Positions 18,984 through 29,073 of a stretch of DNA of 64,000 bases are shown in pieces. The stretch comes from a virus (taxonomy: Duplodnaviria > Caudoviricetes). The stretch spans positions 32,517-96,516 of IMG/VR virus record IMGVR_UViG_3300021400_001091; one strand, written 5' to 3'. The notes beneath the pieces are model-generated. The model ran no database searches and had not been told where the DNA came from. It was given only the letters and a program-made list of their open reading frames with translations. Positions within the stretch are counted from its first letter, which is position 1. Every line of letters starts with the position of its first letter. The position numbers and the translations under genes are program-made.

Positions 18984-19173
18984 CATTAAATACATTGGTA
19001 AAGATTATCTTCAAAAATTCATATTAGAAATAAATGGAGTTGAAGCTTTAGTAATTTTCAAAGCACTTTCCTTATTAAATTTAAATGAAGATGTGCCAGA
19101 AGATGATAAAAGAATAGCTTTAAGAATAAGGTCAGATTTTTTTACTGCTTTGGGTGAAGAAAATGAAAAATAA
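18973..19173 (+). CDS. Hypothetical protein
   Basis: GGAGG SD then ATG 18973; operon packing. Confidence 0.6.
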   Translation: MKTDIKYIGKDYLQKFILEINGVEALVIFKALSLLNLNEDVPEDDKRIALRIRSDFFTALGEENEK

Positions 19174-19351
19174 ACCAATTATTATTACAATTTCTAATTT
19201 CAATGAAAAGGAACTTGATTATATTATTCAACCTGATGCAACAATGGATATTGCACAGGAATTTGATGAAGATATGAAACTTATAGGAATTAATATTCAT
19301 GTAGATGCGTTAGATAATCCAAAAGGTATTATAGAGATTAAAGGTAATTAA
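19163..19351 (+). CDS. Hypothetical protein
   Basis: Operon packing; abuts gyrB. Confidence 0.55.
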   Translation: MKNKPIIITISNFNEKELDYIIQPDATMDIAQEFDEDMKLIGINIHVDALDNPKGIIEIKGN

Positions 19352-21205
19352 ATGAGTTATACAGCTAAAGATATTGAAACTTTAAGCTTTCGAGATGCAG
19401 TTCGAGAGCGTGTTGCCATGTATATGGGCAGCGCAGACAACCAGGGTGTGCTTCAGTGCGTTCGAGAAATCATTACCAACTCTATCGACGAAGCCACAAT
19501 GGGATATGGAAACTTAATAATTGTAGAGCTAGACAAAGACAACCTCGTAACTGTAACAGATGAAGCAAGAGGTGTTCCTTTTGGTATTAGAGAAGATGGA
19601 ACAGAAGCTTTAGAGGCCGTTTATACAATGCCGCATACTGGTGGTAAATTTAACGAAAAAGTTTATCAGAATGTAGCTGGTATGAATGGAATTGGCTCAA
19701 AAGGCGTAGCTTTATCTTCCTCTTTCTTCCAGGCGGAGTCTTTCCGTGATGGCCAGCGCGCCGTATTAACTTTGAAAGACGGAATTAAGGAATCATTTGA
19801 AGTCCATGAAGAAAAAAATAGCAGAACTGGTACGATTGTACGGTTTATACCAGATTCTAAAGTATATAATCTCGAGCCAATAAAGATTGACTTTAAAGAT
19901 TTAAAAGAAATGTGTAAGAATTGGTCGTATTTGACCAAAGGAGTTAAGTTCCATTTAATCGACCATACAACTGGTGAGAAAGTCGAATACTATTCGAAAA
20001 ATGGAATTTTAGATTTCCTTAAAGATTCAATTACAAAACCAATTCATAAAACACCACTTTATATAAGCGTTGAAGAAGATGGGATTGAATGTGAGGTTGC
20101 TATGCAGTGGGCGGCCGACCGTTCCGAACATTGGTACGTATTTACTAATGGCCTTGCTAATCCAGAGGGCGGCACTTCGTTAACTGGTACGAAAACTGCT
20201 CTTACAAATTTCTTCAAAAAACAACTCAAAGGAGAATTCACTCCTGAGGTAGCTCGGTCTGGTCTCTTTTACGTTATTAACTGCAAAGTACCAAATCCGT
20301 CTTTTGCAAACCAGACAAAGACAAAAGTCAACAATCCGGAACTCCGAGGACTATGCCAGAGAGCGACCGGTCAGATGTTGGAGGACTACTCCAGGAGATA
20401 TACAAGTGAGTTTGATCAGATTTTAGAGCTTCTTACAAAGGAACTGAAGGCAGAACGAGCAGCAGAAAGGGCCCGGCGCCAAGTACTTGAAGCCTCTAAA
20501 GAAATCGAAAAGAATCAAAAGAAAAAAGTCTTTGCTAGCGATAAGCTAAAGGACGCAGAGTTTCTCGGTCCAAGTGCTACACTTCTTATCGTAGAAGGAA
20601 ATTCTGCTATGGGTGGTATGGCGCAGGCTAGAGACTATACCAAATATGGTATCCTTGCTATTCGTGGTAAGATTATTAACTGTTTGTCAAATCCAGAGGA
20701 AAAGATTTTTCAGAATGAAGAAATCAAACTTCTTTTAAGTGCGATGAATATTGTGCCAGGTAAGTACAATGCATCGAAGTTACGTTATGGACGTATCGCA
20801 ATCTGTACTGATGCAGACTCCGATGGGTCTCATATCGGACTTCTAATAATGGCAGCATTACAATATCTAGCACCAAAGTTCATCGAAGAAGGCAGATTAT
20901 GCTGGCTTCGTTCCCCTCTTTATATTGAGGAATATAAAGGGAATGAGATTTACTATTTCACAGATGAAGAGTTTAATGCCGTAAGACATAAGATTAAAGG
21001 TGAAGTAACTCGTGCAAAGGGACTTGGTGAACTCTCTGCAGATACGGCGCGGGCTTCAATGTTTTCTTCAACCTATCAGAGAATGGATGTTTTGAAACCA
21101 ACACCACAATCAATTGACTTACTTTATGAATTGATGGGTACAGATGTTGAGCCGAGACGTAACTTCATCATGAAGAATGTGGACTTCAGTACGATAAGAG
21201 AATGA
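19352..21205 (+). CDS. gyrB: Type IIA topoisomerase / DNA gyrase subunit B
   Basis: VRERVAMYMGS, EIITNSIDE, GMNGIG (GHKL ATPase); VEGNSA, IRGK, TDADSDG (TOPRIM); KGLGE. Confidence 0.92.
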   Translation: MSYTAKDIETLSFRDAVRERVAMYMGSADNQGVLQCVREIITNSIDEATMGYGNLIIVELDKDNLVTVTDEARGVPFGIREDGTEALEAVYTMPHTGGKFNEKVYQNVAGMNGIGSKGVALSSSFFQAESFRDGQRAVLTLKDGIKESFEVHEEKNSRTGTIVRFIPDSKVYNLEPIKIDFKDLKEMCKNWSYLTKGVKFHLIDHTTGEKVEYYSKNGILDFLKDSITKPIHKTPLYISVEEDGIECEVAMQWAADRSEHWYVFTNGLANPEGGTSLTGTKTALTNFFKKQLKGEFTPEVARSGLFYVINCKVPNPSFANQTKTKVNNPELRGLCQRATGQMLEDYSRRYTSEFDQILELLTKELKAERAAERARRQVLEASKEIEKNQKKKVFASDKLKDAEFLGPSATLLIVEGNSAMGGMAQARDYTKYGILAIRGKIINCLSNPEEKIFQNEEIKLLLSAMNIVPGKYNASKLRYGRIAICTDADSDGSHIGLLIMAALQYLAPKFIEEGRLCWLRSPLYIEEYKGNEIYYFTDEEFNAVRHKIKGEVTRAKGLGELSADTARASMFSSTYQRMDVLKPTPQSIDLLYELMGTDVEPRRNFIMKNVDFSTIRE

Positions 21206-21208
21206 AAT

Positions 21209-21237
21209 TTGATTTTTTCTGAAAATTCATATATAAT
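21209..21237 (+). promoter_or_regulatory. sigmaA-type promoter for gyrA
   Basis: TTGATT-17-TATAAT in the gyrB-gyrA gap. Confidence 0.7.
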
Positions 21238-21258
21238 ATATATAGTTGAGAGATAAAA

Positions 21259-23610
21259 ATGAGCGATTTAAACAAAGCAATCAATGAAAGTTTCATACAA
21301 TACAGTGGAGCGGTACTTCAATCCCGCGCATTAGTAGATGTGCGAGATGGCTTAAAGCCGTCCGCACGGCAAATTTTCTACTCAATGCTACTGCATAAAC
21401 TAACAAGCAACAAACCATATAAGAAAACTGCTAATGCAGTAGGTATGGCTATGGCCGACTTCTATATCCACGGTGATTCATCGTGTGAGGGAGTCATAAT
21501 GCGTGCCGGTCAGCCTTTCTCAATGAGATACCCTCTTATTGATGTCAAGGGTAATGCTGGTTCGTTAATTGAATCAGGTAACTGGGCCGCCATGCGTTAT
21601 ACAGAGAGTCGCTTATCAAAGCTCTCTTCTGTTCTCTTCAATGACATTGATAAAGATACTATTAATGAATGGAGAGATAGTTATGATAATACCAAACAGT
21701 TTCCTGCTGTTCTCCCATCGAGGGGGTATTATAACCTAGTCAATGGGACGATGGGAATTGGTATTGGTATGGCCTGTTCAGTTCCTCAATATAATTTGAA
21801 GGAAATGAATAAGGCTTTAGAAACCTTACTTTTCAATCCAGACGCTCCCTTCGAGGACATTTATATTGCTCCGGACTTTGCAACGGGCGCAATCTTATTA
21901 AATGAATCTGAAGTAAAAGAGTCAATGAAGAGAGGTAATGGTTTCGCTTGTAAGCTACGTAGCGTCGTTGATTTCGATAAGCGAGAGCGGTGTTTCGTAG
22001 TTACAGAAATTCCATACGGAGTGTATACTAATACAATCTGCGGCGAGCTTGAAGAGATAATCAATAGCGAGGACAATCCCGGTATAGAGCGTTTTAACGA
22101 CCTAACTGGAGAGACAGCTCTTATTAAGATTTATCTTAACAAAAGGGCCAATCCCGATAAGATTTTGCGTTTCCTCTATAAGGAAACCTCTCTTCAATCT
22201 CACTATGGAATTAACTTTACAATGCTCGATAAAGGTCGTTTTCCAAAAGTTTTTACTTGGAAAGAAATGCTCCAGGCGCATATCGACCATGAGAAGGAAG
22301 TTTATCGTAGAGGTTTTGAGTTTGATCTCCATAAAATCGAAGACCGCCTTCACATTATCGAAGCACTCTTAATTGTTATTGCTTCTATTGATGAAGTAGT
22401 ACAGACAATTAAGTCCTCTGATTCTACTGATACTGCGCGCCGCCGTCTGATGGAAGATTACAACTTAGATGGCGCCCAGGCTAAAGCAGTTCTCGAAATC
22501 AAACTGTCAAGACTGGCGCATTTAGAAGTAGAAAAACTTCAGAAAGAACAGGTTGATCTTCTAAAGAAGAAAGCATCTATTGAGGAAATTCTCAATAATA
22601 CTGACCTGTTCAATGAAGAAATAGCCAAAGGATGGCGTGAAATCGCGCAGAAATTTGGCGATGAAAGACGTACTCAAATTTTGGACATTTCTAAAGAGGA
22701 TAATGAGCCAAAAGAACTGAATCAACTCTTAATCAACCTTTCTAATCAAAATAATATCTACGCCACCACAGTGTCTACCTTATACACACAACGGCGTGGT
22801 GGCGTAGGTAACAAATTCAAAATGAGTAAGGGAGAATATGTAGTTAGCACAGCGACTGGTACAAATTTTGACACCGTACTACTGTTCTCAAATCGAGGGA
22901 ATTGTTATCATATCAACCCTAACGAATTATCTTATGATGAAGTAGTTCCAATTGAAAGCTTAGTCAATCTAGACAAAAACGAACAAATTAAAGAACTTGT
23001 TTTCTTAAACAAAAAAGAAAAGACAGAATTCATCATATTCTTTACAAAGAAGGGCATTTTGAAGAAAAGTAAACTTTCTGACTATAATATACGAAGAAAG
23101 AGTGGGGTTAAGGCTTTAAACTTAGATAAAGACGATGAAATTGTCTCAATCTTATTTGTTAATGACGAAAGAGTTGGTATGATGACTGCGCGCGGTCAGT
23201 TCGTAATGTGTGAAACTAAGAACATAAACGCCATTGGACGGGCCGCAAGAGGAGTTAAAGGAGTAACGCTTAATACTGGTGATGAACTCGTATGCGCCAA
23301 GGCCATCGCGCCAGATACGAAAGAACTACTAAGTATAAGTGAAAAAGGATTTATTAAGAGAACCTCAATAAACGAATTTACCGTAACGAACCGTGGTACA
23401 AAGGGAAGTAAAATACATATCTTAAATGACGAAGATGATCGCCTAATTTGCTTCGCGCCACTAGTTAATGAAAAAGAAACAATAATCGTGTCTTCAAAAT
23501 CACAAATTAAAATTAATCTAAATGAAGTGAACCTACTTTCAAAAGGCGCGCAAGGCACTAAATCTATAAAATTAACCAATTCAAAGGTGATCGGTTTATT
23601 GACTTTTTAA
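21259..23610 (+). CDS. gyrA: DNA gyrase subunit A
   Basis: RDGLKP, HGDSS, AAMRYTE (catalytic Tyr), PDFATG; GyrA-box-like QRRGGVG; C-terminal beta-pinwheel repeats. Confidence 0.92.
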   Translation: MSDLNKAINESFIQYSGAVLQSRALVDVRDGLKPSARQIFYSMLLHKLTSNKPYKKTANAVGMAMADFYIHGDSSCEGVIMRAGQPFSMRYPLIDVKGNAGSLIESGNWAAMRYTESRLSKLSSVLFNDIDKDTINEWRDSYDNTKQFPAVLPSRGYYNLVNGTMGIGIGMACSVPQYNLKEMNKALETLLFNPDAPFEDIYIAPDFATGAILLNESEVKESMKRGNGFACKLRSVVDFDKRERCFVVTEIPYGVYTNTICGELEEIINSEDNPGIERFNDLTGETALIKIYLNKRANPDKILRFLYKETSLQSHYGINFTMLDKGRFPKVFTWKEMLQAHIDHEKEVYRRGFEFDLHKIEDRLHIIEALLIVIASIDEVVQTIKSSDSTDTARRRLMEDYNLDGAQAKAVLEIKLSRLAHLEVEKLQKEQVDLLKKKASIEEILNNTDLFNEEIAKGWREIAQKFGDERRTQILDISKEDNEPKELNQLLINLSNQNNIYATTVSTLYTQRRGGVGNKFKMSKGEYVVSTATGTNFDTVLLFSNRGNCYHINPNELSYDEVVPIESLVNLDKNEQIKELVFLNKKEKTEFIIFFTKKGILKKSKLSDYNIRRKSGVKALNLDKDDEIVSILFVNDERVGMMTARGQFVMCETKNINAIGRAARGVKGVTLNTGDELVCAKAIAPDTKELLSISEKGFIKRTSINEFTVTNRGTKGSKIHILNDEDDRLICFAPLVNEKETIIVSSKSQIKINLNEVNLLSKGAQGTKSIKLTNSKVIGLLTF

Positions 23611-23630
23611 AATTTGAAGGGTGTCAAAAT

Positions 23631-23659
23631 TTGAGTTTTTTATAAAAATCTATTATAAT
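23631..23659 (+). promoter_or_regulatory. sigmaA-type promoter
   Basis: TTGAGT-17-TATAAT. Confidence 0.7.
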
Positions 23660-23741
23660 ATATATAGAAAGTTAAGAGAAACTTTCTGCAAATTAAATTA
23701 ACTCAAAACAAATTAACTATTAACTAAGGAGAGAAAAAACT

Positions 23742-23993
23742 ATGAAGCTTACTGAAAAGAGTGCAGAAGTACTGAACTATGTTAAGTCCAATGGTGGAAA
23801 GGTTTCCATCCCCGAGCTGGCTGAGGCTCTTGGCCGTAGCGAGCGTTCCGTCGGCGCTAACGTCACTGACCTGACCAAGAAGGAGCTTGCTGCTCGTGAG
23901 AAGGTTGAGATCGAAGGTGCTGAGAAGCCAATTACTTATGTTGTTCTGACCGATGCTGGTATGGAGTGGGTTCCTGCCGAAGACGCTGAGTAA
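23742..23993 (+). CDS. Winged-helix DNA-binding protein
   Basis: VSIPELAEALGRSERSVGANVTDLTKK...YVVLTDAG; AGGAG SD. Confidence 0.75.
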   Translation: MKLTEKSAEVLNYVKSNGGKVSIPELAEALGRSERSVGANVTDLTKKELAAREKVEIEGAEKPITYVVLTDAGMEWVPAEDAE

Positions 23994-24017
23994 TTGAATT
24001 AAAAACAGAATAAAGTC

Positions 24018-24052
24018 GGAGGCTGAAAAGCCTCCCCTTCTATTATTCTTTT
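24018..24052 (+). terminator. Hairpin / weak terminator
   Basis: ggaggct-gaaa-agcctcc followed by a T-rich tract. Confidence 0.5.
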
Positions 24053-24084
24053 TAAAAGCAAGAGTAAAGTAAGAGGTAAAGTAA

Positions 24085-25008
24085 ATGTTGAGACAAGCAG
24101 AGAATAGAGTAAAGATTGAAGGGATTTTAAGTGAAGTTGATATTAAGCCATTGACTTTTAAGAAGAATGGACAGGATGCTGAAGCTATCAGCGGATCTAT
24201 CATTGTTAAGGTTACTCAAAAGATTCACAAAGACGATACTGAAGAAAAAGATTATCTGGTTCCGGTTCATATGTTCGCGCCCAAGCTTACAAACGCTGGT
24301 AAGCCCAATCCGGCTTATGAGTCGATTAAGAGGGTTGCGAATGAGTTTGTCTCCATCGCCCAGGCTGGTGATGAGGACAAGGCCGATAGAATTAGAATCA
24401 CTGGCGCAAATGTTCGTATGAACGAATACTATGCGGCCGATGGTCATCTTGTTTCTTTCCCAAGAATCAACGCTTCTTTCGTCACTAAGATTGCGAAGGG
24501 TGATTGCAAGCCTGAAGCTAGTTTTACAATGGAACTGGCTGTTGCAAAGAAGGGCGAAGAGATGGATCGGAATGGAGAGCTGACTGGTCGTTACAGAATT
24601 GATGCGATTCTGCCGCAGTATGGTGGTAAGGTCGATGTCGTTCCTCTGTATGCGGCTAAGCCTGGTGTTATTGATGGAGTTTCCACTTATTGGGAGATTG
24701 GTGACACCGTTAGAGCAAATGGCAAGCTGGACTTTTCGTCTACAACCGAGACAACTTATGAAGATGTTGACTTTGGTGATCCGATTGAGAGGATTCGTAC
24801 TATCAATAAGAGCGATCTGATTATCACTGGTGGTTCCCAGGAGCCGCTGGAAGGAGACTTTGCGTTTGCAAAGGCTGACCTGGATGAAGCTCTGGCTGAC
24901 AGAAAGGCTAGACTTGAAGGTCAGAAGGAGAGAGACATGGCGCGGACTGCCTCCAAGAAGGCTCCCGCTGCGAAGGCGAACAATGGATTCGATGACCTCG
25001 GATTCTAA
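24085..25008 (+). CDS. Single-stranded DNA-binding protein (OB-fold-like)
   Basis: NRVKIEGILSE start; acidic-aromatic tail GFDDLGF; next to Sak4-like gene. Confidence 0.65.
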   Translation: MLRQAENRVKIEGILSEVDIKPLTFKKNGQDAEAISGSIIVKVTQKIHKDDTEEKDYLVPVHMFAPKLTNAGKPNPAYESIKRVANEFVSIAQAGDEDKADRIRITGANVRMNEYYAADGHLVSFPRINASFVTKIAKGDCKPEASFTMELAVAKKGEEMDRNGELTGRYRIDAILPQYGGKVDVVPLYAAKPGVIDGVSTYWEIGDTVRANGKLDFSSTTETTYEDVDFGDPIERIRTINKSDLIITGGSQEPLEGDFAFAKADLDEALADRKARLEGQKERDMARTASKKAPAAKANNGFDDLGF

Positions 25009-25019
25009 GGAGGTAAATT

Positions 25020-26000
25020 ATGGCTGGGATTGATATTCTAAATATCGAGCCTACCGTAATTTCAAGAGATTTAAAGGGAAAATATATCTTAATATATGGA
25101 AAGCCAAAGTCTGGGAAAACCACTTTGGCTTCTCGTTTCCCGAAGAATCTACTTATAGCTTTCGAGAAAGGTTATAATGCTATTGACGGAATTAAAGCGG
25201 TCGACATTAACAAGTGGGCCGACTTTAAATTAGTTCTCCGTCAGCTTGAAAAGCCGGAAGCTCGCGAAATGTATGATACGATTACGATTGATACTACTAC
25301 GATTGCCTATGAAATGTGTGAACAGTTCATATGCGCGCAGAATGGGGTACAGTCTGTATCAGAAATTCCTTGGGGTGGTGGTTATGCTGCTACTAAGAAG
25401 GAGTTTGAAAGATGTCTTAGAAAAATTACAATGCTGGGATATGGTCTTGTTCTGATTTCTCATATTGAGACAAGAAAGGAGAAGACTGCAGATGATAGCG
25501 AGATTGAAATTCTTGCGCCATCAATGCCTAAGCGTTGTTATGAAGTCGTCAACCAAATCGTTGATATAATTGGTTATATCGCTACTGAGTGGGATGAGAG
25601 TGGAAATAGCCAGAGATGGTTATATACTAGACAAACTCCTACAGTTATGGCAGGAAGTCGTTTTCCGTATTTGGCTCCGAAAATTAAGTTAGGATATGAT
25701 GAACTGGTTGCAGCGATTAATGAAGCTATTGACCAGCAGAGGGAAAGAGACGGCGCCACAGTAGTAGATAAGGTTGAAACTAAAGTTGAAGAACAACTCA
25801 ACTTTGATGATATTAGAACAGAAGCTTCCCGTATTTGGGGGAACTTGGTTACTAAAGACCCAGCTAATGCTGATAGAATTTTGAAGAAGGTTGAAATGGT
25901 CTTCGGAAGAAAAGTTAAGCTATCAGAAATTACTGAGGACCAGGTTGATTTGTTTAACTTAGTTCTACTTGACATGAGAGACATGGAAAAGGAGCAGTAA
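25020..26000 (+). CDS. AAA_24 / Sak4-like ATPase (ssDNA annealing)
   Basis: YGKPKSGKTT Walker A; TITIDT Walker B; IPWGGGY. Confidence 0.8.
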   Translation: MAGIDILNIEPTVISRDLKGKYILIYGKPKSGKTTLASRFPKNLLIAFEKGYNAIDGIKAVDINKWADFKLVLRQLEKPEAREMYDTITIDTTTIAYEMCEQFICAQNGVQSVSEIPWGGGYAATKKEFERCLRKITMLGYGLVLISHIETRKEKTADDSEIEILAPSMPKRCYEVVNQIVDIIGYIATEWDESGNSQRWLYTRQTPTVMAGSRFPYLAPKIKLGYDELVAAINEAIDQQRERDGATVVDKVETKVEEQLNFDDIRTEASRIWGNLVTKDPANADRILKKVEMVFGRKVKLSEITEDQVDLFNLVLLDMRDMEKEQ

Positions 26001-26011
26001 TGCTCCTTTTT
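25987..26011 (+). terminator. Intrinsic terminator
   Basis: aaaaggagca-gtaa-tgctcctttt. Confidence 0.75.
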
Positions 26012-26015
26012 AAAT

Positions 26016-26044
26016 TTGACATTTTCTTGAATTTCTGGTATAAT
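26016..26044 (+). promoter_or_regulatory. sigmaA consensus promoter
   Basis: TTGACA-17-TATAAT with TG. Confidence 0.9.
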
Positions 26045-26069
26045 ATAATTAGGATAAAAGGAGATTAAT

Positions 26070-26588
26070 ATGGCGGAATGTAGAATTTGTCATGTACCGA
26101 TTGATAAAGAGAATGATGATTGGGTTATGCCAAGTACAAATTGGTATTATCATCGTCAGTGTTATGAAGATTGGAAAAAATCAGAGCCTCTCAAAGATGA
26201 AGAGTGGCGTCCTTTTATTTACGATTTTTTAAGTAGAGATTTAAAGGTATCTTATAACTGGCATATGTGTCAAGCGCAAATTAAGAAGTTTACGAAGGAA
26301 AGTATGACAATTAAGGGTATTTATTTTGCGTTGAAATATTTTTATCAAGTACAACATCATGATTGGGATAAAGGTAATGGCGGAATTGGTATAGTTCCTT
26401 ATATTTATACAGAGTCTTGTGAATATTGGGCGAGACAAGAAAGGTTGAATAAGGGAATTGTCGCAGAGATTGAACGTCAACTGCGTGAAGCCACAGAAAG
26501 AGATCGTAAAGTCGTTACGAAGAAAAAATCTCCGAAAAAAATTACAGTTAACTTAAGTATTATTGCAGAAATGGAGGATGAAGAGTGA
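26070..26588 (+). CDS. Zinc-finger protein coupled to the helicase (possible loader/accessory)
   Basis: CRICH...YYHRQC; GIGIVPY; GTGA overlap with helicase. Confidence 0.6.
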   Translation: MAECRICHVPIDKENDDWVMPSTNWYYHRQCYEDWKKSEPLKDEEWRPFIYDFLSRDLKVSYNWHMCQAQIKKFTKESMTIKGIYFALKYFYQVQHHDWDKGNGGIGIVPYIYTESCEYWARQERLNKGIVAEIERQLREATERDRKVVTKKKSPKKITVNLSIIAEMEDEE

Positions 26589-28159
26589 TCGACAAAAGAG
26601 ATATACAACAAGTTCTCGGATGTTTGATGAAGCATCCTCAGTTTTTAAGTGAGATAGATAAATATTCGTTTACGATAACTGATTTCCCGACTAGGTTTGA
26701 GAAATATATCTTTCAAGCGATTAATGGTTTGTATCAAGGCGGCGCCGTAAACATACAGCCGATTGATATAGAGAATTTTTTAAGCGTCGATGAAGTTGGC
26801 GCGAGGGTCTTCAAAGAGAACAATGGAATTGAATATCTGCAAGACATAGCAGAGTTATCAGAACCAGGAAACTTCGGATATTATTATAATAGGTTTAAGA
26901 CTTTTAACTTATTAAAGGATTTGAAGAAGAGTGGATTTGATACCTCCAGTTTTTATTGTGAAGATTTAACAAATCCGAAAGCAAAGGAGATTAATGAAGC
27001 ATTTAACTTCTTAACTCCAGCAATGGTAACAGAAGAACTTAAAAGGAAACTTTTAGGAATTGAATCGAAATATGAGACAACTGATGAGATTGAGGTTGAA
27101 ACTGCTTTTAAAGGAATGGAGCAATTCATTGAAGATTTAGGAGTAGAACAAGCAATTGGTATTCCGATTCAGGGGCAGATTTATAATCAAGTAATTGATG
27201 GAGCGAAGAAGGGGACATTAACAATTAGAAGTGCGGCCAGTGGTGTTGGTAAGACAAGAAATGCGGTCGCAGATGCGTGTTATTTAGCTTATCCGTTTAG
27301 ATATAATAGTAAAACTTGCAAATGGGAACAAGCAGGAAATAAAGAAAGGGTTCTATTTGTAGTTACAGAGCAGACATTTGATGAAGTAAGAGCGATGATT
27401 TTGGCATATCTTACAGATATTAACTCAACTCGATTTAAGTATGCAGATTTTAGTACGAGAGAAAGCGGAGTTATTCAACAAGCGTTAGGTTTAATTAAGA
27501 AATATGAGGAAAATTTAATTTTGGTGAAAATGCCAAATCCAACAATTGAGTCGGTTAAAGCGATTGTAAGAGAGAATTGTATTGTACACGATATAGAGTA
27601 TGTATTTTATGATTATATCTTTATTGGACCATCATTACTTAATGAATTTAGAGGTTTTGCATTGAGAAATGATGAAGTATTGTTGATGTTTGCAACGGCG
27701 CTGAAAGATTTGGCGGTTGAATTGAATGTGGCAATGTTTACATCAACTCAGTTAAATGCAAAAGGTGATGATAATAAGGATATAAGGAATGAAGGGACAT
27801 TAGCGGGCGGCCGCAGTACAATTAATAAAGCGGATAATGGTGCGGTTATGGCAAGACCAACTCCAGAGGAATTGGAGGTTTTGAAGCCGTTATATGAGAC
27901 AAATCTTGATTATAAGCCGAATTTAGTAACTGATATATTTAAGGTAAGAAGTGGAGAATGGACACAGGTTCGTATCTGGTCGGATGTGAATTTAGGAACA
28001 TTGAGAAAGAGAGATTTGTTTATAACGAACTCTCGATTAGAGCCACTTGAAGGATTTTATGTGAGAAGTGAATATCAGATTAGAAGTTGGGACGATAGTG
28101 AAGACGAGCATTTGAAGATTATTTTAGAAAGGTTAAATGAGGGTGAGATAATTGAGTAA
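26585..28159 (+). CDS. DnaB-like replicative helicase
   Basis: AASGVGKTR Walker A; FYDYI Walker B; LKDLAVELNV..STQLN; KVRSG. Confidence 0.85.
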   Translation: MIDKRDIQQVLGCLMKHPQFLSEIDKYSFTITDFPTRFEKYIFQAINGLYQGGAVNIQPIDIENFLSVDEVGARVFKENNGIEYLQDIAELSEPGNFGYYYNRFKTFNLLKDLKKSGFDTSSFYCEDLTNPKAKEINEAFNFLTPAMVTEELKRKLLGIESKYETTDEIEVETAFKGMEQFIEDLGVEQAIGIPIQGQIYNQVIDGAKKGTLTIRSAASGVGKTRNAVADACYLAYPFRYNSKTCKWEQAGNKERVLFVVTEQTFDEVRAMILAYLTDINSTRFKYADFSTRESGVIQQALGLIKKYEENLILVKMPNPTIESVKAIVRENCIVHDIEYVFYDYIFIGPSLLNEFRGFALRNDEVLLMFATALKDLAVELNVAMFTSTQLNAKGDDNKDIRNEGTLAGGRSTINKADNGAVMARPTPEELEVLKPLYETNLDYKPNLVTDIFKVRSGEWTQVRIWSDVNLGTLRKRDLFITNSRLEPLEGFYVRSEYQIRSWDDSEDEHLKIILERLNEGEIIE

Positions 28160-28493
28160 GGTAGAATTAATTGATGTAGCTATCTTAAAGAAAGAACTTG
28201 GACTTGCAGATGATTGTGATAATTGTCAAAGACGTAAAAGCAAGTTTACTGGATGTGAAAGTGCGGCTTGGGCGATTGTTTGTGACCATATCGATCAATT
28301 AGTAGAAGATAATTCTAAAATTGAATATGTGCCAGTACGACATGCTTATTGGATACATGAACATCTACCAAGCACTAATGGTGGAACATATGCAGTAGTC
28401 AGATGTTCAAATTGTAAGAGCCAATTCCCGATGTGGGAAACAAAATATTGTCCAGATTGTGGCGCAAAAATGGATAAGGAGAATAGAAAATGA
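28152..28493 (+). CDS. Zinc-ribbon hypothetical protein
   Basis: CDNC, CSNC...YCPDCGAKM. Confidence 0.7.
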   Translation: MSKVELIDVAILKKELGLADDCDNCQRRKSKFTGCESAAWAIVCDHIDQLVEDNSKIEYVPVRHAYWIHEHLPSTNGGTYAVVRCSNCKSQFPMWETKYCPDCGAKMDKENRK

Positions 28494-28669
28494 GTAGATG
28501 CGAATATTGTCAATATCGAAACTCATGGGAATGTGGTGATGGTTGGAACAGGCGAAGCAATGACACAATTTGCAATGATTTTAGACTAGATTATGACGCA
28601 TTGACAGATGAACAGAAGCAGATTTTTCAAGAGATTCTTATGCGAGAGGATGAAGAAGAATGGGTTTAA
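28490..28669 (+). CDS. Small Cys-rich hypothetical protein (59 aa)
   Basis: Not in ORF track; MSRCEYCQYRNSWECGDGW...; ATGA overlap with the upstream gene. Confidence 0.6.
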   Translation: MSRCEYCQYRNSWECGDGWNRRSNDTICNDFRLDYDALTDEQKQIFQEILMREDEEEWV

Positions 28670-29073
28670 CAGGAGAACAAATAAAACATTACTGTAAGAA
28701 GTACGAAGTTTTCTGCACAGGAGCAAATGAACGTGGAGAGTGCAGTACAACAGGGTGTTGGAACAGTACTATTCAAATTGTGGAGCTAAAACGTGCGTGG
28801 GAGCAGATGGACAGTAGCAATATTCAAGTTAATTCATATCTAAATCCCCTTGCAAAAGAGGGATGGCGTTGTCCTGCTTGTGGAAGAATCAATGCACCTT
28901 GGATGCCATCATGTACTTGTCGAGGCATAACAATGGGTGAATGGATACCTGTACCGGATGATGAAGACGGATATACATGTAGTATTTGTAATGCTTATAT
29001 GAAAGCTTATAAAGGTATTCTGTCAAATTATTGCCCAAACTGTGGGGTAAAGATGAATAAAAGAAAAGTATGA
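28660..29073 (+). CDS. Zinc-ribbon hypothetical protein
   Basis: GWRCPACGRINAPWMPSC and CSIC...YCPNCGVKM. Confidence 0.7.
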   Translation: MGLTGEQIKHYCKKYEVFCTGANERGECSTTGCWNSTIQIVELKRAWEQMDSSNIQVNSYLNPLAKEGWRCPACGRINAPWMPSCTCRGITMGEWIPVPDDEDGYTCSICNAYMKAYKGILSNYCPNCGVKMNKRKV

